Shown: positions 51,346 through 64,000 of the stretch, in pieces
Numbering within the stretch: the stretch's first letter is position 1
Layout of the letters: every line of letters begins with the position of its first letter
Assembly: GCA_001949185.1 (NCBI GenBank)
Contig: BDGG01000014.1
Location: forward strand, 124,001 to 188,000
DNA from: Ramazzottius varieornatus
Taxonomy: Eukaryota > Animalia > Tardigrada
Length of the DNA: 64,000 nt
Direction: 5' to 3'
Notes under the pieces: generated by a model
Told to the model about the DNA's origin: nothing
Databases searched by the model: none
The model's input: only the letters and a program-made list of their open reading frames with translations
Translations under genes and position numbers: made by a program

Positions 51346-51683
51346 AACGTGGTATTGGCGATAAGCAGAACCCTTAGCAACCCTCCGAGTAACGTTTAAA
51401 CGTGGATAAAGATTTCGATATCTTCGAGAGCGCTGGCGTATGGTGGCCTGACTAGAAGCTAACCGCCCCTCTCCGCTCCGTAGCATACCGTAGAGCCAAT
51501 GTGGGAATTTTTACACGAACCAGAGAAACCTTTGGCTGGACGATACTCTGTACCGATGTCGTATTCATCGCAGTATACTTTGCGCAATAGAACCTGAAAT
51601 GCGTGCTTGCGAACAGGGTGTAGCAAAGTTTCATGTCTACAATGTGCAAGTATTTCTAGTGATAGAAAAATTGATTTGATGAG

Positions 51684-54600
51684 TCAAGTGGTCGTTCGAA
51701 TTAGCCGCAGCTCTTCAGTCGGCAGAATCCACCAGCCGTCTTCTCTCGTTGCACTGCAAAAACCGATATTACGGTGAAACGTGAACATTAGATCCTACCG
51801 TTATTTGTGCAAGGTTTGGTCAAGTTTTAACTAACATATAACCTCTACTAAGTAAACAAAGCATTAGCATTCCAATCACCACAGCACAACATGATACAGG
51901 AACCCACAAACGAACGACGTCACCTGTTCGGAAAAGAATAGGCGTTAAGGTTGCTGCGTGGAAGGCAAGCAGATCATTACAATGCCATTGATAGTTGCAG
52001 TTCTCGCGTTCGAGTACCGGAAACTACACAAGAAGGATCAAGTCCGTCGAATCCGCAGGTCGGACGACTGGGAACCGGCCATGTGTTACCGGGCCACGAA
52101 AGAGGACTGACTTCTCTTATGTCATAGCGAACGCCTTCCAACAGATATCTAGTCTATAAGGATTTGATAAGTCTGAAAACGCCAAGGAAAGAAACGCGTA
52201 GGAGCGTTGAACTGCAGAAGTAGACGTACAGCTAAAGTTCCGCTGGGCGTGTACTGTCGCAGAAGCTTGCTGATTCCGGCAATTGATCCCTCGCGGTCGA
52301 TGTAAATAGTGCCCGTTTTGGTGCGGAAAGTACGGTCTAAGAACCTGCGATAAACCGATGATCCGTCTGCAGCGGCTGCCGACCCGTTCGTAAACGGAAG
52401 TTCGTTGACCACCTGTCACCGTAAGGCACTTACATGGATACCGCCAATTGAAAAGTTCGGGTCATGATCCGTCAGTCGGAGGTGCATCCTTGTAAACTAG
52501 ACCCTCAGACTCGGGCTCTACCAGTACAACTTTGCCTAGGGGTCCATTACAATTTTGAAATCGGCTGGTTTTACAGTAGGGTCACTTCTTCGCTCAGTTG
52601 TGAGGTCCTGTGGGGGGTTGGTCTTAGAAGATGTGTGACGAAGCGCTCAGTGCGGCCGTGCTTTGCCGCAAAGCGACCCGTTGGCTCACATTACCCACGC
52701 GTCGCTTTGATATAATCTACCGCTCGAAATTCGCTGGCGGACGTCTGTTTTCGCTTTCAGAAACGCTCGACGTCGCACATTGAGACCATCTCTCATGACG
52801 TACCATGTACAATCTAGCCACTGAGCGAGGAAGCTTGGTAGGGTTTGTTTGATCGTGCCTTGTCCTAGAATCATGACACGAACTTCATACGGCTAACTGC
52901 AGCACGTAGACGCCTGGCGTAAATGTGGGCATGGACAAATCTGTGGGCAGCGGAGCGAAAGCAGCACGGGCCTACTAGACGTGTCCAATCAAATGAATCA
53001 ATCGGAGTAATCTAGGGATCCGCTGCCAACACACCATGCTCACATTTAGTCCAGAAGCGTGTACAGTGGAACATCTACTTTTTGTACGTCACGCGCCGCT
53101 TTTCAAGACTGATTTCGAGATGTAACGGTAGTGCTTCAGCGGCAGTGGGACGTTCGATTGATGTAACGATCGCTTTATTAATTGCTTGATCTACGCATCT
53201 GTCTAAGAAGTTTCATCGACACGAGGACGATCAGTGTTGTTCAGATATGACTTTTTTAGTTTGAACTGCAATGTTGTGCTTTATGAAGGAGCCGCGGTAG
53301 GTCGCATCAGCTTCAACTTGAAGCCCAGTTGAGAAACAGAACCTAGCGAGGCCCGCCGGGCAGCGCGTACCAGGACGAACTGCAGCTCCTTCGCGAAGCA
53401 GCAGTACGCATTGTAATCTTGCACGGCTGTGTTGCGTGCACCAGCGCACTACTAGTCACTGAATCAAGCACCGACTTTGCTTCAGAAGGCGGAGAAATGG
53501 GATATCCACGTGCACTTTGAGTGCTTTTCCGTGACGGTTATTATTCGAATAACCAATATCTAGGATTTCAATTATGCATTACAATATCATCGCGTCACTG
53601 GAATCCCGATTCAATTCCGATTAATATCGAAACGACGAACACAGAATTTGTAAATTTGAATTTCTGTATCGGAATACAAGCATCAAGACGGAGTTTTGCT
53701 TGATAATATCGGTTCAAAATAGGAAAATTAGGAATTCCTTTCCGAATTCCGTTCGAGGGAGAAGGTCTTACGACCAAGACGGTAAAATGAGCGTCACTGG
53801 TGTTTCCAAAACTCAAAGTCAGAGTTCTACTTGCGTACTCTACAGTCAGTTTAAGATTTGAAAACTTGCGGTACAGGCATTTTACCGTCTTTTCTGGCTT
53901 TCCGTGAAGGGAAGACTGACCTAGCTCAAGTAGCTCTGGAGTCGACGGGCGTAGCTCATTACGCAAACAAAATATTGATCACAAGAAATCTTAGACAGTC
54001 TAATAACCGATCTTACTATACTTTGGCGGAACAATTTTCGCAAAGTGGGTTCGGATGAATTTTAGACTGAAACTGAACGAAAAACCGTTTTAAATTCATT
54101 AAAAATCGGGAAGTGACCCGAATCGCTCAGTTTGAAAACCAGTGAGAACAACTCTCTCAGATAATGAGTTTTGCCTATTGGAATCTGAAGATGCAGCTCT
54201 AATGACCAAAGGGAAGCTTTAAAGCGAGATTAATCAAAACCCATGCACCGTAAAAGCCGTTCCTTCGGCAGAAAGATTTTCACGCTTCTTGTCTAGGTCC
54301 GTGAATATTCTGAGATTTACTGAGTAGCTTCTGATTTTTCATTGGATTCTCGAAGTAGTGCGGGTCGACTGTTGGCAGCATGGCATCAAAGTGAGATCGT
54401 TTTTTACGTCTGTCTTCCTTGCTCTTTTTCCGTGCGTTAAGCCCTGCTGTTCTATGGTCATCTTATCGACCACTTTCGTGACTTGCTAATACCCTGAAAG
54501 TCACGGCGCGGAGAAAAGGCAGGTCATCAAGGACGCTGACCAGTAAACAGTGAAAAGAGACCAGCCGCAGGCAGGGCCCTTTTTACTGCTCGACCGGTCA

Positions 54601-56050
54601 AGCGGATGTTCTCGTAACTTCCTTGTACGGAGAGATTTTGAGGGGTTTTGCCTATGGAACTTTCAATGCGGAGAACCATCTTCTGGTAGAGGAAGGTTTC
54701 CTCTACACGGCCGGATAGTTTACGAAATCGTGCTCAAGAACCCCGCTTGCGGGTTAGTCTTCCCTTAATACATCGAGTTCGTGCTATCGTTTTCTTAGTC
54801 GCTCTAGAAAAGCGGTTAGTGAAGTATGTAAAGTAGCACAGCTGTTACTGTAATTGGATACTGAACGTGAATTGGTACGAGGTACCAACGAAAACTCGGA
54901 CAGAACGTGGGTGGCCATATGGGGACCAGTTTTCCTACTTACTTGTGCTGTCTTAAGAAGCATATCGTACGCCAGAAACAGGTTGATATTCTATGGAAAG
55001 CTGGATGATATTTTTTCGGCCTCATCCGTACGAGTTCATAGATAACTGAATTCCTACTTGCTGTTACGGGGAGTAAGAAAATTTGAATAGCTTTCGTGAC
55101 CGTTCTCGCCATTTCTCCCGCAGTTGGAAGCCCGACGAGCCTGTTAGTGGTTTGTCTCGGCTTATGTCCTGCTCGGCGAACAGGGCTGCGGAGTAAGCCA
55201 GCCGAATGACGTGTTCGAGAAACTCTGCTTGGAGTTTAAGTGTTCGGCGAAGTAGGCAAGTAGGCTCGACTGGGACCATCGCCGGTACCTGATCATTCTT
55301 GTCGTCCAATTGCCAACCGTAGCCTCTGACTGCTGGCGGTGAATAAATCAGATGTACCTGCGATCATCATATAACAACCCAGCTGAGGATATATATGCGG
55401 AATTCCGATGGCAAAAATGGGTTTTCAACGTACGTAGTCGTCGTTTGTCATGTTCAGTGCATGAGCGTACATCTGCGTAATGGAATCTTTGTTTGGTGAG
55501 AAACAATTGTAGCGCATTCGCTGTACTGTTCTCAGCTCTTTCAGGTAGTTAATAGGCAGAGGCAACCCGACTATTGCAACGTGAGAACACTCACCATAAT
55601 CCTTCTCAATGTCGTCGCCTGAATTCCGGAGTAAAGGAGGACTAAAAGCATTCATAACATCGGGTTCGGCGTACCAATACGTGAGTCGAATGGTTTTACG
55701 TTCGTGGCACCACTTTCTCTTTAATGAGTACAATGCTGAGTATCAACAACGCACAGTTTTCAGCCAGTCAAAATCTTGCACTCACAAAGTACACCCAGGA
55801 CGAGAAATTATGGTACATGCCTTTTCGCTACGGCGGTACGGAAGCACGTACGCGACCGATTCACAGTAACACATTTTTCGACGCTTTGCTACGGTCGAAT
55901 TTCCATTTCGCCGTCCTTCTCGCCTGTCCCATAATTTTTACTGTACCATAATTTCTCGTCTTGCGTGTAGTGTTTTGCGAACAGAGAAAGCTTTTTGCTG
56001 GAAGTGCTATATCAATGCATAAAATAAGATGCTACCGCCGGTTCACTTTC
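51684..56050 (-). pseudogene. Second NPR/ANF-receptor-like gene (ectodomain + TM + short tail), degraded
   Basis: DFDWLK, AHALNMTNDDY|VHL, GYGWQLDDKND, RRFLDRTFRTKTGTIYIDREG, VPSRPTCGFDGLDPSC, tail GWWILPTEELRL*; stops, frameshifts and an exonic MITE. Confidence 0.6.
55792..55967. mobile_element. Tc1-like MITE, family A
   Basis: TIR CAC.CA.GACGAGAAATTATGGTACA, TA TSD. Confidence 0.82.
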
Positions 56051-56062
56051 CGACTGTGCAGT

Positions 56063-56216
56063 ATAGTCCAGTCGCTCGAGATGTGTACAACTTGCCACCA
56101 GCCAAACATTTACCTTACAGCTTGCAAAAAACAAAAGAAAGTGACGTCAAGAGGCTACGGTCAATAAATTGAGCAAAGATTAGCTACATGTTTTCTACCA
56201 TATGGAACGCACCAGC
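56063..56216 (+). mobile_element. Terminal fragment of the Tigger/pogo family at 42289
   Basis: agtccagtcgctcgaga..caccag.caaacatt.acc.tacagcttgc..gtgacgtcaagag matches 42289-42460. Confidence 0.65.
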
Positions 56217-56704
56217 TTTGCGGTAAGGAAGAGAAAGTTCGGAAATTTGAGAAGAGCGAAAAGTAAATGCAACAGGCCCCCATCTCGTGTAACCTCGCAC
56301 ACGCGCTCAAGGCCACCTTGATCTCTGCCTTGAAAGCGGAAGTGGATGTAGCCGCGTTTGATGGGTCAGTGGTAACATTCGACTATCTGGCTGTTCTCCA
56401 GACTATGAGAAAGAGGACTCGAGGTTAGCATCCCTTACTGTGGCCGATGTATCCACCGGACAGATTCCGGAGATGTCATTACACAGATTAAGATCATTAA
56501 GTTGCCATGATGAAAGTCCGACTGTAGCTAAAATGAGCTGCAACTTCACTCGTCCCCAACTCCCAAATTAACGACTTGACAGTTGAATACGAATAAAGTC
56601 GTTGGTTTTTTATTTGTCTGAAATGTAGCAAGGTTCAGAACGAACACCTTACTGGTTTGAGAGGTTCGGTTGGATCGGCACATGCGCAGTGACCAATCTC
56701 TATA

Positions 56705-57047
56705 CAGTGTACAGTGTACGACAAAATTAACCGTTAAAAACGGGCGCAAACTCCAGCTGGAGCTTACTTACCCCTCAGCCAATGAGAATTAGGTTTTTCT
56801 GTATGCGCAAATTTCATTGGCTTTAGCCATATGGCTCCATCCAACACCCATTTCTGACGACTTATTTTGTCGTACACTGTACGCAAAATTTAGCCGTTGA
56901 TAATGGGCGTGACAAATAAACTGGGGATTAGTTATCCGATGACCAATACCAGCGTTACTCTGGCCCACACGCAAATTTCATTGGTCGCTGCCATCTGGCT
57001 CCATCCAACACCCATTTTCGACGGTTCATTTTTGCGTACACGGTACG
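56705..57047. repeat. Two head-to-tail ~165-bp palindromic-ended units
   Basis: cgcaaatttcattgg..ggctccatccaacacccattt..cgtacac.gtacg occurs at ~56806 and ~56970. Confidence 0.65.
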
Positions 57048-57203
57048 AAGGCGCAACAGATATTTTCGGGCTAGAAGGGTAGACATAAGTGTTGCGCGGT
57101 ACGCCGGTACGCAACACTTACGCCTCAGTCAACAAATATGCCGGCAGAAGTGTTGCGCATAAGTGTTCCGCGCATGTACCAGATATAACGGCCACATTCG
57201 TCG

Positions 57204-57604
57204 TACGGCGGGACATGGAACCGATCCGAACGCAGATCTCCACTTTTATTCGTGCACCAAGCATAAGGTGACACCTCTGACTAAAGCGTCGAACTCCGAA
57301 ATACGCCAGAAGAAGAGCAAAATTCGGTGTTACGGCAAGCTACTTTGTTCATGTTTCCACCCTGTAGCTGATATCTTTAGCATGCGTGGTGTAATAAGTT
57401 TATGTGAATACGTTGCAGAGTATCAGTCCGGGCAACGTTAAAACGAGATTGCTTCATGATCAGAAAAAGGAGAAAGAAAAGTTCAATTCTGCTTTCGGCT
57501 TCCAGATTCTCCAAGGCGAGGACGTCGCAAACGCGTTGTTGTACTCATTGAGCTGACCTTCACATGTGAACATCCGCGAGCTTGTCATTGCTCGATCCAA
57601 CTGA
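57204..57604 (+). pseudogene. 3' half (exons 4-5) of an SDR pseudogene
   Basis: TAGH..LHFYSCTKH..EIRQKKSKIR; SISPGNVKT..EDVANALLYSLS*PSHVNIREL with in-frame TGA. Confidence 0.8.
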
Positions 57605-57709
57605 ACAAGCAAAAGCTGAGCGTGGGTGGGGAGCTTTCGCGAGTAATTAACCGTTGAGCTTCCGATACCAGCTTCTATCCAGTAACGGCACTGTTGTGTT
57701 CATGAGTCT

Positions 57710-58390
57710 TTATGCACGAGTACGGGTGAAAGTAGCAACGACAGCATGGCGGATATGCGTTACGGCCAAAGTGAAGAGTATGGGGTCGTAAAAACATTCA
57801 AGCCGAACAAGTATTGTAAAGAACTCTGTAAACACTGGCCACCACAACTGCTGGATACGAAGGTACGTTGCAACAATGGTAGTCAGCGCCCACGTGAGTG
57901 CAATACTGGCAGTCAGGAGGGTCAGCAGAAAGAACCGCTGTCGTCGTTGTGGCTGGTTTTTGGATTTCGTTCGCAACGTCTCAGTGCTTCTCGAAACAGC
58001 TGATAGGTCAGTTTCTTGTCATCCTCGCCGAGCGGCTAAAGGTTCTAAAGGCAGCACGTTTGTCCGTGTTGGTCCAGGCCGACTTTGTGACCGTATTTTG
58101 TGGGCCACATATGGGTACGCTAGCAGGATCATGACCAGCGGTATGTCGTATGAATGAATTTGACTGGCAGTTGACCAATTGAATTGCGCTCTAGGGTTCA
58201 TGATGCAACCGGAACTGACAGACGGGGACCGATGGTACATCGCGTCCATGATAAAGTACGGTCCTCGGAAAATGTGAACAAAGACCCAGACAAACGCGCA
58301 ACAACAGACAGATGGTTTGAACGTATGGTGAACGCCGAGTGGTATTAATCAAGTCTTGATTATGCACAAGCGGAAACACGGATCAGAAAT
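57710..58390 (-). pseudogene. Rhodopsin-family GPCR relic (about TM4-TM7)
   Basis: GCIMN..WSTASQIHSYDIPLVMILLAYPY (TM5), FFLLTLLTASIALTW (TM6), FYDPILFTLA (DPxxF TM7); internal stop, frameshifts, no recognisable TM1-3. Confidence 0.7.
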
Positions 58391-60355
58391 AGAATCCAGA
58401 GGTGACGGCCAACTTCCGGCAGAAGGAGTAGGGCAACGGAGTGATTTCGCCTCGACTTATTTTGTCTTTTTGAGGGGTGGCAGCATCGCGCTTGTCTATC
58501 CTCGCTCAACCGGAATTCGAAGACGATTCTTGACGATTTGATTACGTAGCTGGTTCTAAGTCTGTCACAGCCAAGTTGTCCCTCCGGTGGTGTTCTTTCA
58601 TAGAGCATCTAGAGACTTCATCAGAAGGTTGTTGAATTTGCATTTTATCGGTTCCCGTACGGAAGAAGCCGTTTTTAACAGTTTGGCAAAAGGCAAAAAT
58701 CTTGAAGTGACAGGGTCGCAAAAATCTGCTGAAAACTGCTTTATTTTTGCTTTTTCCACTATATAGTTCCTTTTCGAAAAGTTTGCTTGTGAAGCGCTTT
58801 GTCGTTAAAACCTCAAGTTGTTTTGTGTCGAAGGTAGGGCGGTATTTGCATCACACGGAATTTTGATGTCTAAGTGAGCCTGAAGCATCAAAAATGCTGG
58901 GGAACTCTCACGGCGAAGGCGTAGAAACCGATCGAATCAGTCGTTGTGCGGCAGTGTAGGGTTGGCTTTCAACTGAGCCATATTCTTCTGTCCACTACTT
59001 TTTTCGTGGTTACTGAGTGAGTTTAAGGCCGTGTACATTTTCTCGACTGGGTCGTTGTGAGTGACGAGGTCGTTATGAAAAACTACGTGGACTTTCTGAA
59101 CGCTTGAAAAAGCTAGTTGGTGTAGTAGGCAAAATTTCGATCAACCCCACAGTGAACCGAAATATAGCGACAAACCAACGTTCACAAAATACGGTGGAAA
59201 ATGCGATCAACCAGCAATCGCAACCTCGCTAGTTACTTTCGAGCTTTGCTTTTCACTTGCGATTCCTATTCGCGCCATTTCTCTCTTATCGCCCCAACAA
59301 GACGGATTGCTTTCCCTTTTGCTCTCGTCCAAGGCCATCACAGCAACCCTGACTGGATCAAACTGATCATTCGGAAGCTCCATCTTCACATCGGAAGAGA
59401 TAAGGAGAAAAACGACAACTCGGTGGAGAGATAAAACGCATGATCAGTAGCAGTCTCCAGCGCTGGGTAGAAAGCTACTAGCCTTTTTTGGCTAGTAGCT
59501 CTGGTAGGCGCTTTATAATGGAGCTGGTTGGCTACGCTGGTTGCCTACCCTGATGCGTTCACAAAGTCGGCGACGAGGTTAGACGAAACGGGGTTGAAAT
59601 GACTCATCGCATAATTTTTCGACTTTGTGAACGATTTTTGGGTTGTTATGAGTAACCCACTGCTGGGTTGAACATAATCGCCTTTATGAACGCTGGTTCA
59701 TCATAATCCTCATAACGACCTAGTAGCCTACCACTAAATGAACACGGCCTAATACTATAACTACCCAGCTATTTTTATGATCAAAACTTTTCGGCAAAGT
59801 TACGCCCTGTTCAAGAAAACTGTGTCCGGAAAACCTCCTCTGAAAACTACAAGCTCTTTTCAGTGACACCTCTTCAACTGTGGCCGAACGGGTTTTGAAA
59901 GGTAAGTTGTTTGATAGAATGCAAGACAAAAGAGAAACGCTCAGTAATTGTTTTCCTGTAGTAACTCTGATCGCCCAAACCGCATCCGACCACTTTTTCG
60001 GCCTGCCTCACATTCGTTTCGGCTTGATGAAAGTTTTATGGGGAATTTTCTGGAACAAAAATGGGGTCCCTAGACATGAAATTGAAGGGCTATTGTTGAA
60101 AAATAGGTTTCGTCGCACGAGAAGCGTCGAACGAGTGACGAATGTTTTACGGAGCTGGGACAAATTGGCTGGGGCAGACTGTACAAGCAGCTACTTCAAG
60201 GCATAATAGACTAAAAGATGTTTTGAAGAGCTGCCCGGAACTCATTAAGATTCCGCGGAGTTTCCAGTTTTTCCATATGCTGCCCTTCAGACTTCATGAA
60301 CCAGTATTGTCCAGGGGAGCCGGTCCACATCACACTACAATAAGAACTTACAGTA

Positions 60356-60450
60356 CATGCACGACGGGGAATTGAGGAACCAGTAAATTATGGGACACTT
60401 ATCTACGTTTGAATTTCAGTTTTGCCGTTTTGTCCGCCTAGTCCACAGTA
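60356..60450. mobile_element. Truncated family A MITE
   Basis: catgcacgacgggg..ccagtaaattatgggac followed by the family core. Confidence 0.5.
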
Positions 60451-60667
60451 AGGTTAGGAAGTAAGGTTAGTAGGTAAGGGAAGTTAGTGAGTAAGGCATG
60501 TATGTAATGGACTCTCTGTAATGGTCTAATGGAACTCAAAATGACCAAATCTGCAGGTGTTATTGCTCAATTCATCCACTCATCTTTGAAATTATCTGAA
60601 CCGCTTGCTGATCAACAGGACTACCAGTTTCCGAAAGGCGACGGGAGAAGCAGGGGGATTACATACC

Positions 60668-63600
60668 ATGGATTACATTTCGAGTGTTGTGTGGGTAGGT
60701 GATCGGCTGACTGGACTTCCGCCGGAATTTCGCAATAGCCGGTTTCATCTGGCAAATGATCGATTGTTGATTGAAGTGCAGTTCAGTCTTCCCCTCTGTT
60801 TTTACAGGTGCCACGCGGAAAAGCGAAACCAGTTCCCGACGAGGTATGTCTGCCTAGCCACCACATTGCGACGCTCTCGGTACAACCTTGTAATCTCGTA
60901 GGTTAAACTGAAGCCAGAAGAACTGAAAGTGCTACTGGAAGAGAAGGTATCAGCTGATCCAGTGGATGACACCGACGACGACGACGACGACGACGACAAC
61001 GACACCGAGGAAAAGGAAGGCGAGGCCAATGAATGGGTGGACGAAGAGGAAGAAGAAGACCATGGAGAGGAAGATACAGATGAGAAGGCGGCGGATGAAG
61101 ATGAGCCTGAAGAAAAAGCCGAAGTCGTTGGGGAAGATGTTGACGAGGACGATGAAACAGATGCACTTCCGTCCACCTCTTCCAACTTCACCGTTAGCAG
61201 CTTGGCTGTTTTCCCCGTCAACGATGACGATCCTTATCTTGTCATCAAGGATGAAGTGAGTAAATTCATGTTGCAGAATGGAACTAGTTTTAGAATTCCT
61301 CTTTGAGACTCAATCCTGATGGCGACTGGTTTTGTTTGCAGGACGATGTTGATTCCGAAGACGAAGATTTCAAAATTCAGCCCGGTGACAACCTGTTAGC
61401 CGTCGCGCACGTTGATGAAGATGCGAATGTTCTCGAAGTTTATGGTAGGGTAATCATCTACAGCAGGTGCTCCAAATATTTGTCAATCCTATTGTGGATG
61501 TATTTTAGTGTACAACGAAGAAAACGACGATTTGTACGTCCATCACGACATTCTCCTTCCGGCTTGTCCGCTCGTTCTGGAATGGCTACCTTACCAATGC
61601 GGAGGCCCTCAAGAACAAGGTACGGTTGAAAGCTATTGCACTGTTAAGCTGAAAGAAATTAGTATACGCATAACAAAACGTGAAACTTTTTCCCCAGAAA
61701 AGAAGATGAAAATTGGAGCAATCTGATCATCCCATGTGGCGTACGCTCTTATTGTCGTTGTTCAGATGCGTGCGCCACTTGGGACAACAGTCTTGTATTT
61801 GCCGGTCTCGAAACGCTGACATGATCTTTTCTAGGAAACTTTGTGGCGGTGGGAAGTATGGAGTCGACGATCCAGATCTGGGATCTCGATATGGTTAATG
61901 TTGTGGAACCAGTCTGCGAGTTGAAAGGCTTCAAGAAGAAGCGAAAGCGCGATGTGGAGACCACTTCTGCCGGAAGTTCGATCACAGGACACAGAGACGC
62001 CGTTCTTGCTTTAGCGTGGAACTCTATGGTGGAACACATCATGGCCAGTGGCTCGGCTGACTCGACCGTGATCCTGTGGGACCTGGACAGACTGAAAGCT
62101 GCCACGGTTCTGACGGGCTTCGAGGATAAAGTCCAAGCGATCAAATGGCGACCGGACTTTGGTGACCAGCTTCTTTGTGGATCTTGTGATAAGTAAAACA
62201 TATCTCCCGAAACTGGTTTAACCTTGTTCTGCCTCCAGAACTTTCGAAGAAGGTTCTGATTGATGGGCGTCCTTTTCAGGACAGTGCGGTTGTTCGACTG
62301 TCGTCTTCAGAAAGCCAAAGCCACTTTGTGGAATGTGGAAGACGAAGTGGAAAGAGTGGCGTGGTCCAGTTTTAACAATCAGTATTTCTATGTAAGTCCC
62401 GCGCAGTCTTCTTGTGAGCTTTAGCAACTGCAAAATCATATGCTAGCTTTGAGACGGATCGAAATTTGGTGAAAAAGTCACATTGGACTGGGTAGGTATC
62501 TGCCGACCAGGCAGACAGATGCATGGGAGCATAATGTAGACGGCAGACTGCTAGGAATATGCATGTGCCGGATGGGTGGATCAGCTGGTCCGCACATCTT
62601 GTCTACCTGCGTACTTGTGTGTTCACCGCGAGCTGCGTGCTCGTTCGCGAAGACGGGACAGTGATTTTTCATGGTTTTGCAGGTGGCAACTGAAAGCGGA
62701 CAAGTCTACTCCCTCGACGTACGAAACACCGCCGACCACCTTTCCGTCATCCAGGCTCACGGAAAGACGGTGACGGGGCTGGTTAGCAGTCCCTTCATTT
62801 CTGGCATGCTCCTAACGACGTCGGAAGACAAACGAATCAGAGTGTGGGACGTGAATACGTCCACCCAAATACCTGAGATGATCCTCGAGAGAAAGTTGAA
62901 GATGGGTGAAATCCAGTTCTCCGCCATGTCGCCGGATTCGCCTTTCACTGTCGCGCTGGCAGGCGAAGATTCTGACAGTAATTTCCGCATACTGGATTTG
63001 TACAAAACGTCTGAAGGTAATTTACTATAGAATTATTTGGGACCAAAGCACATAGACCAGACAAGACCGGTTAAAAGGGAAGAAAACGGGAACGGGAATT
63101 GTCTAAATCGCCTTATAGTCTAAACTGTGCATAGAGCAATATTCGCGGGGCGGCACCCTAACGGGTACTGTTGCCGCCGAGGGAGGCTAAAAGGGAAGAA
63201 AACGGGAACTGGGATGATGGCAGCGCGTATCCCACGTTCCCAACCATTGAATTACTCCCTGTGACTCAGAATGCAATGCTGTAGCCTTATCTCATTCTTT
63301 TGTGACCTACTTTCGCTTCTCCTCAGTCACATCCATTCACAAGCTTATCATAACTAACTGTACTTTGCCCTTCACTCTGCTGAACTTTGCCCAGTGAAGG
63401 GCAAAGTTCAGCAGAGGGGTTCAAACACAAACTTACGAACAAAACCAGCTCCGCAACGACAGCTCGTGCGGAGACCACCTGAAGTGGTTTGACATGGGAT
63501 AACATGGGGTATCAAGTAGCATGCAAGGTTCATTAGTAAGCTTACGTAGCAGCCTCACACTGTATCGGCGGCAACAATTGTCTCCAGTTTGTTTGCCGGT

Positions 63601-63943
63601 ATCTTCTCTCGGAAAGCTAGCAGAATGTAACCGGTCGTTTTTCTTACGATTTACAGAAGTAAGAAGGCGCTTCGAATCCAGAACGCCAGCAGCTTACATC
63701 CACGCAAGGCAGGAAGAAGAGAAGAGGAAAGAAGAAGCCGCCGAAGAACTCAAAATCAAGAAAGAAAAGAAACAAGAACGAGCGAATAAAACATTTAAAA
63801 ATCTTTCGACGCCAAAAAATGTCTCACCAAAACCCAGAAAGCCTTTGAGGAACGACACCACACCAGCGCAGAATGGCGAAAAGAAGAAACGGTGGTCGAG
63901 GGATAAGCGAGGCAAAAATAGTGCTAAAGATAGTGGAAAGTAA
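60668..63943 (+). CDS. PWP1: Periodic tryptophan protein 1 homolog (WD40, nucleolar); multi-exon
   Basis: W|VPRGKAKPVP N-terminus, acidic tract, DNLL, YVHHDILLPACPLVLEWL, NFVAVGSMESTIQIWDLD, GHRDAVLALAWN, ASGSADSTVILWDL. Confidence 0.93.
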
Positions 63944-64000
63944 AGCGAAAATTTTTCTGGTTGATACTTCGTTTACCCTTTCTCCACGGCGTGGTTAGCC

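Noticed and set aside
60802-61259. Poly-Ser, poly-Thr and poly-Arg ORFs and the (GAC)n tract
   Set aside because: Alternative-frame shadows of the PWP1 acidic region

Overview
Eukaryotic (animal) genomic DNA with short GT-AG introns. The gene families present (7TM gustatory receptors, ectodomain-only natriuretic-peptide-receptor-like genes, DLD-motif kinases, divergent rhodopsin GPCRs) suggest a eutardigrade; this is inference. Conserved genes flank the window: the 3' end of an integrin beta at the left and PWP1 at the right. Between them is a fast-evolving accessory region containing two gustatory receptors, a tandem pseudokinase+kinase gene, two degraded NPR/ANF-receptor-like genes, two intronless bacterial-looking SAM methyltransferase copies, a coiled-coil gene with an intronic tRNA-Glu, a DHRS11-like SDR tandem array (two near-intact, two relics), a GPCR relic and many non-autonomous DNA transposons (Tc1/mariner, pogo/Tigger, hAT, PIF/Harbinger, piggyBac-like). 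The most novel candidate is a secreted protein (20637-23397, minus strand) built from two tandem globin-like domains that keep globin intron positions but lack the proximal haem histidine. Several otherwise well-conserved genes carry single-base indels, mostly in short homopolymers, so some apparent pseudogenes may be assembly errors. All calls were made by eye, with no database searches.
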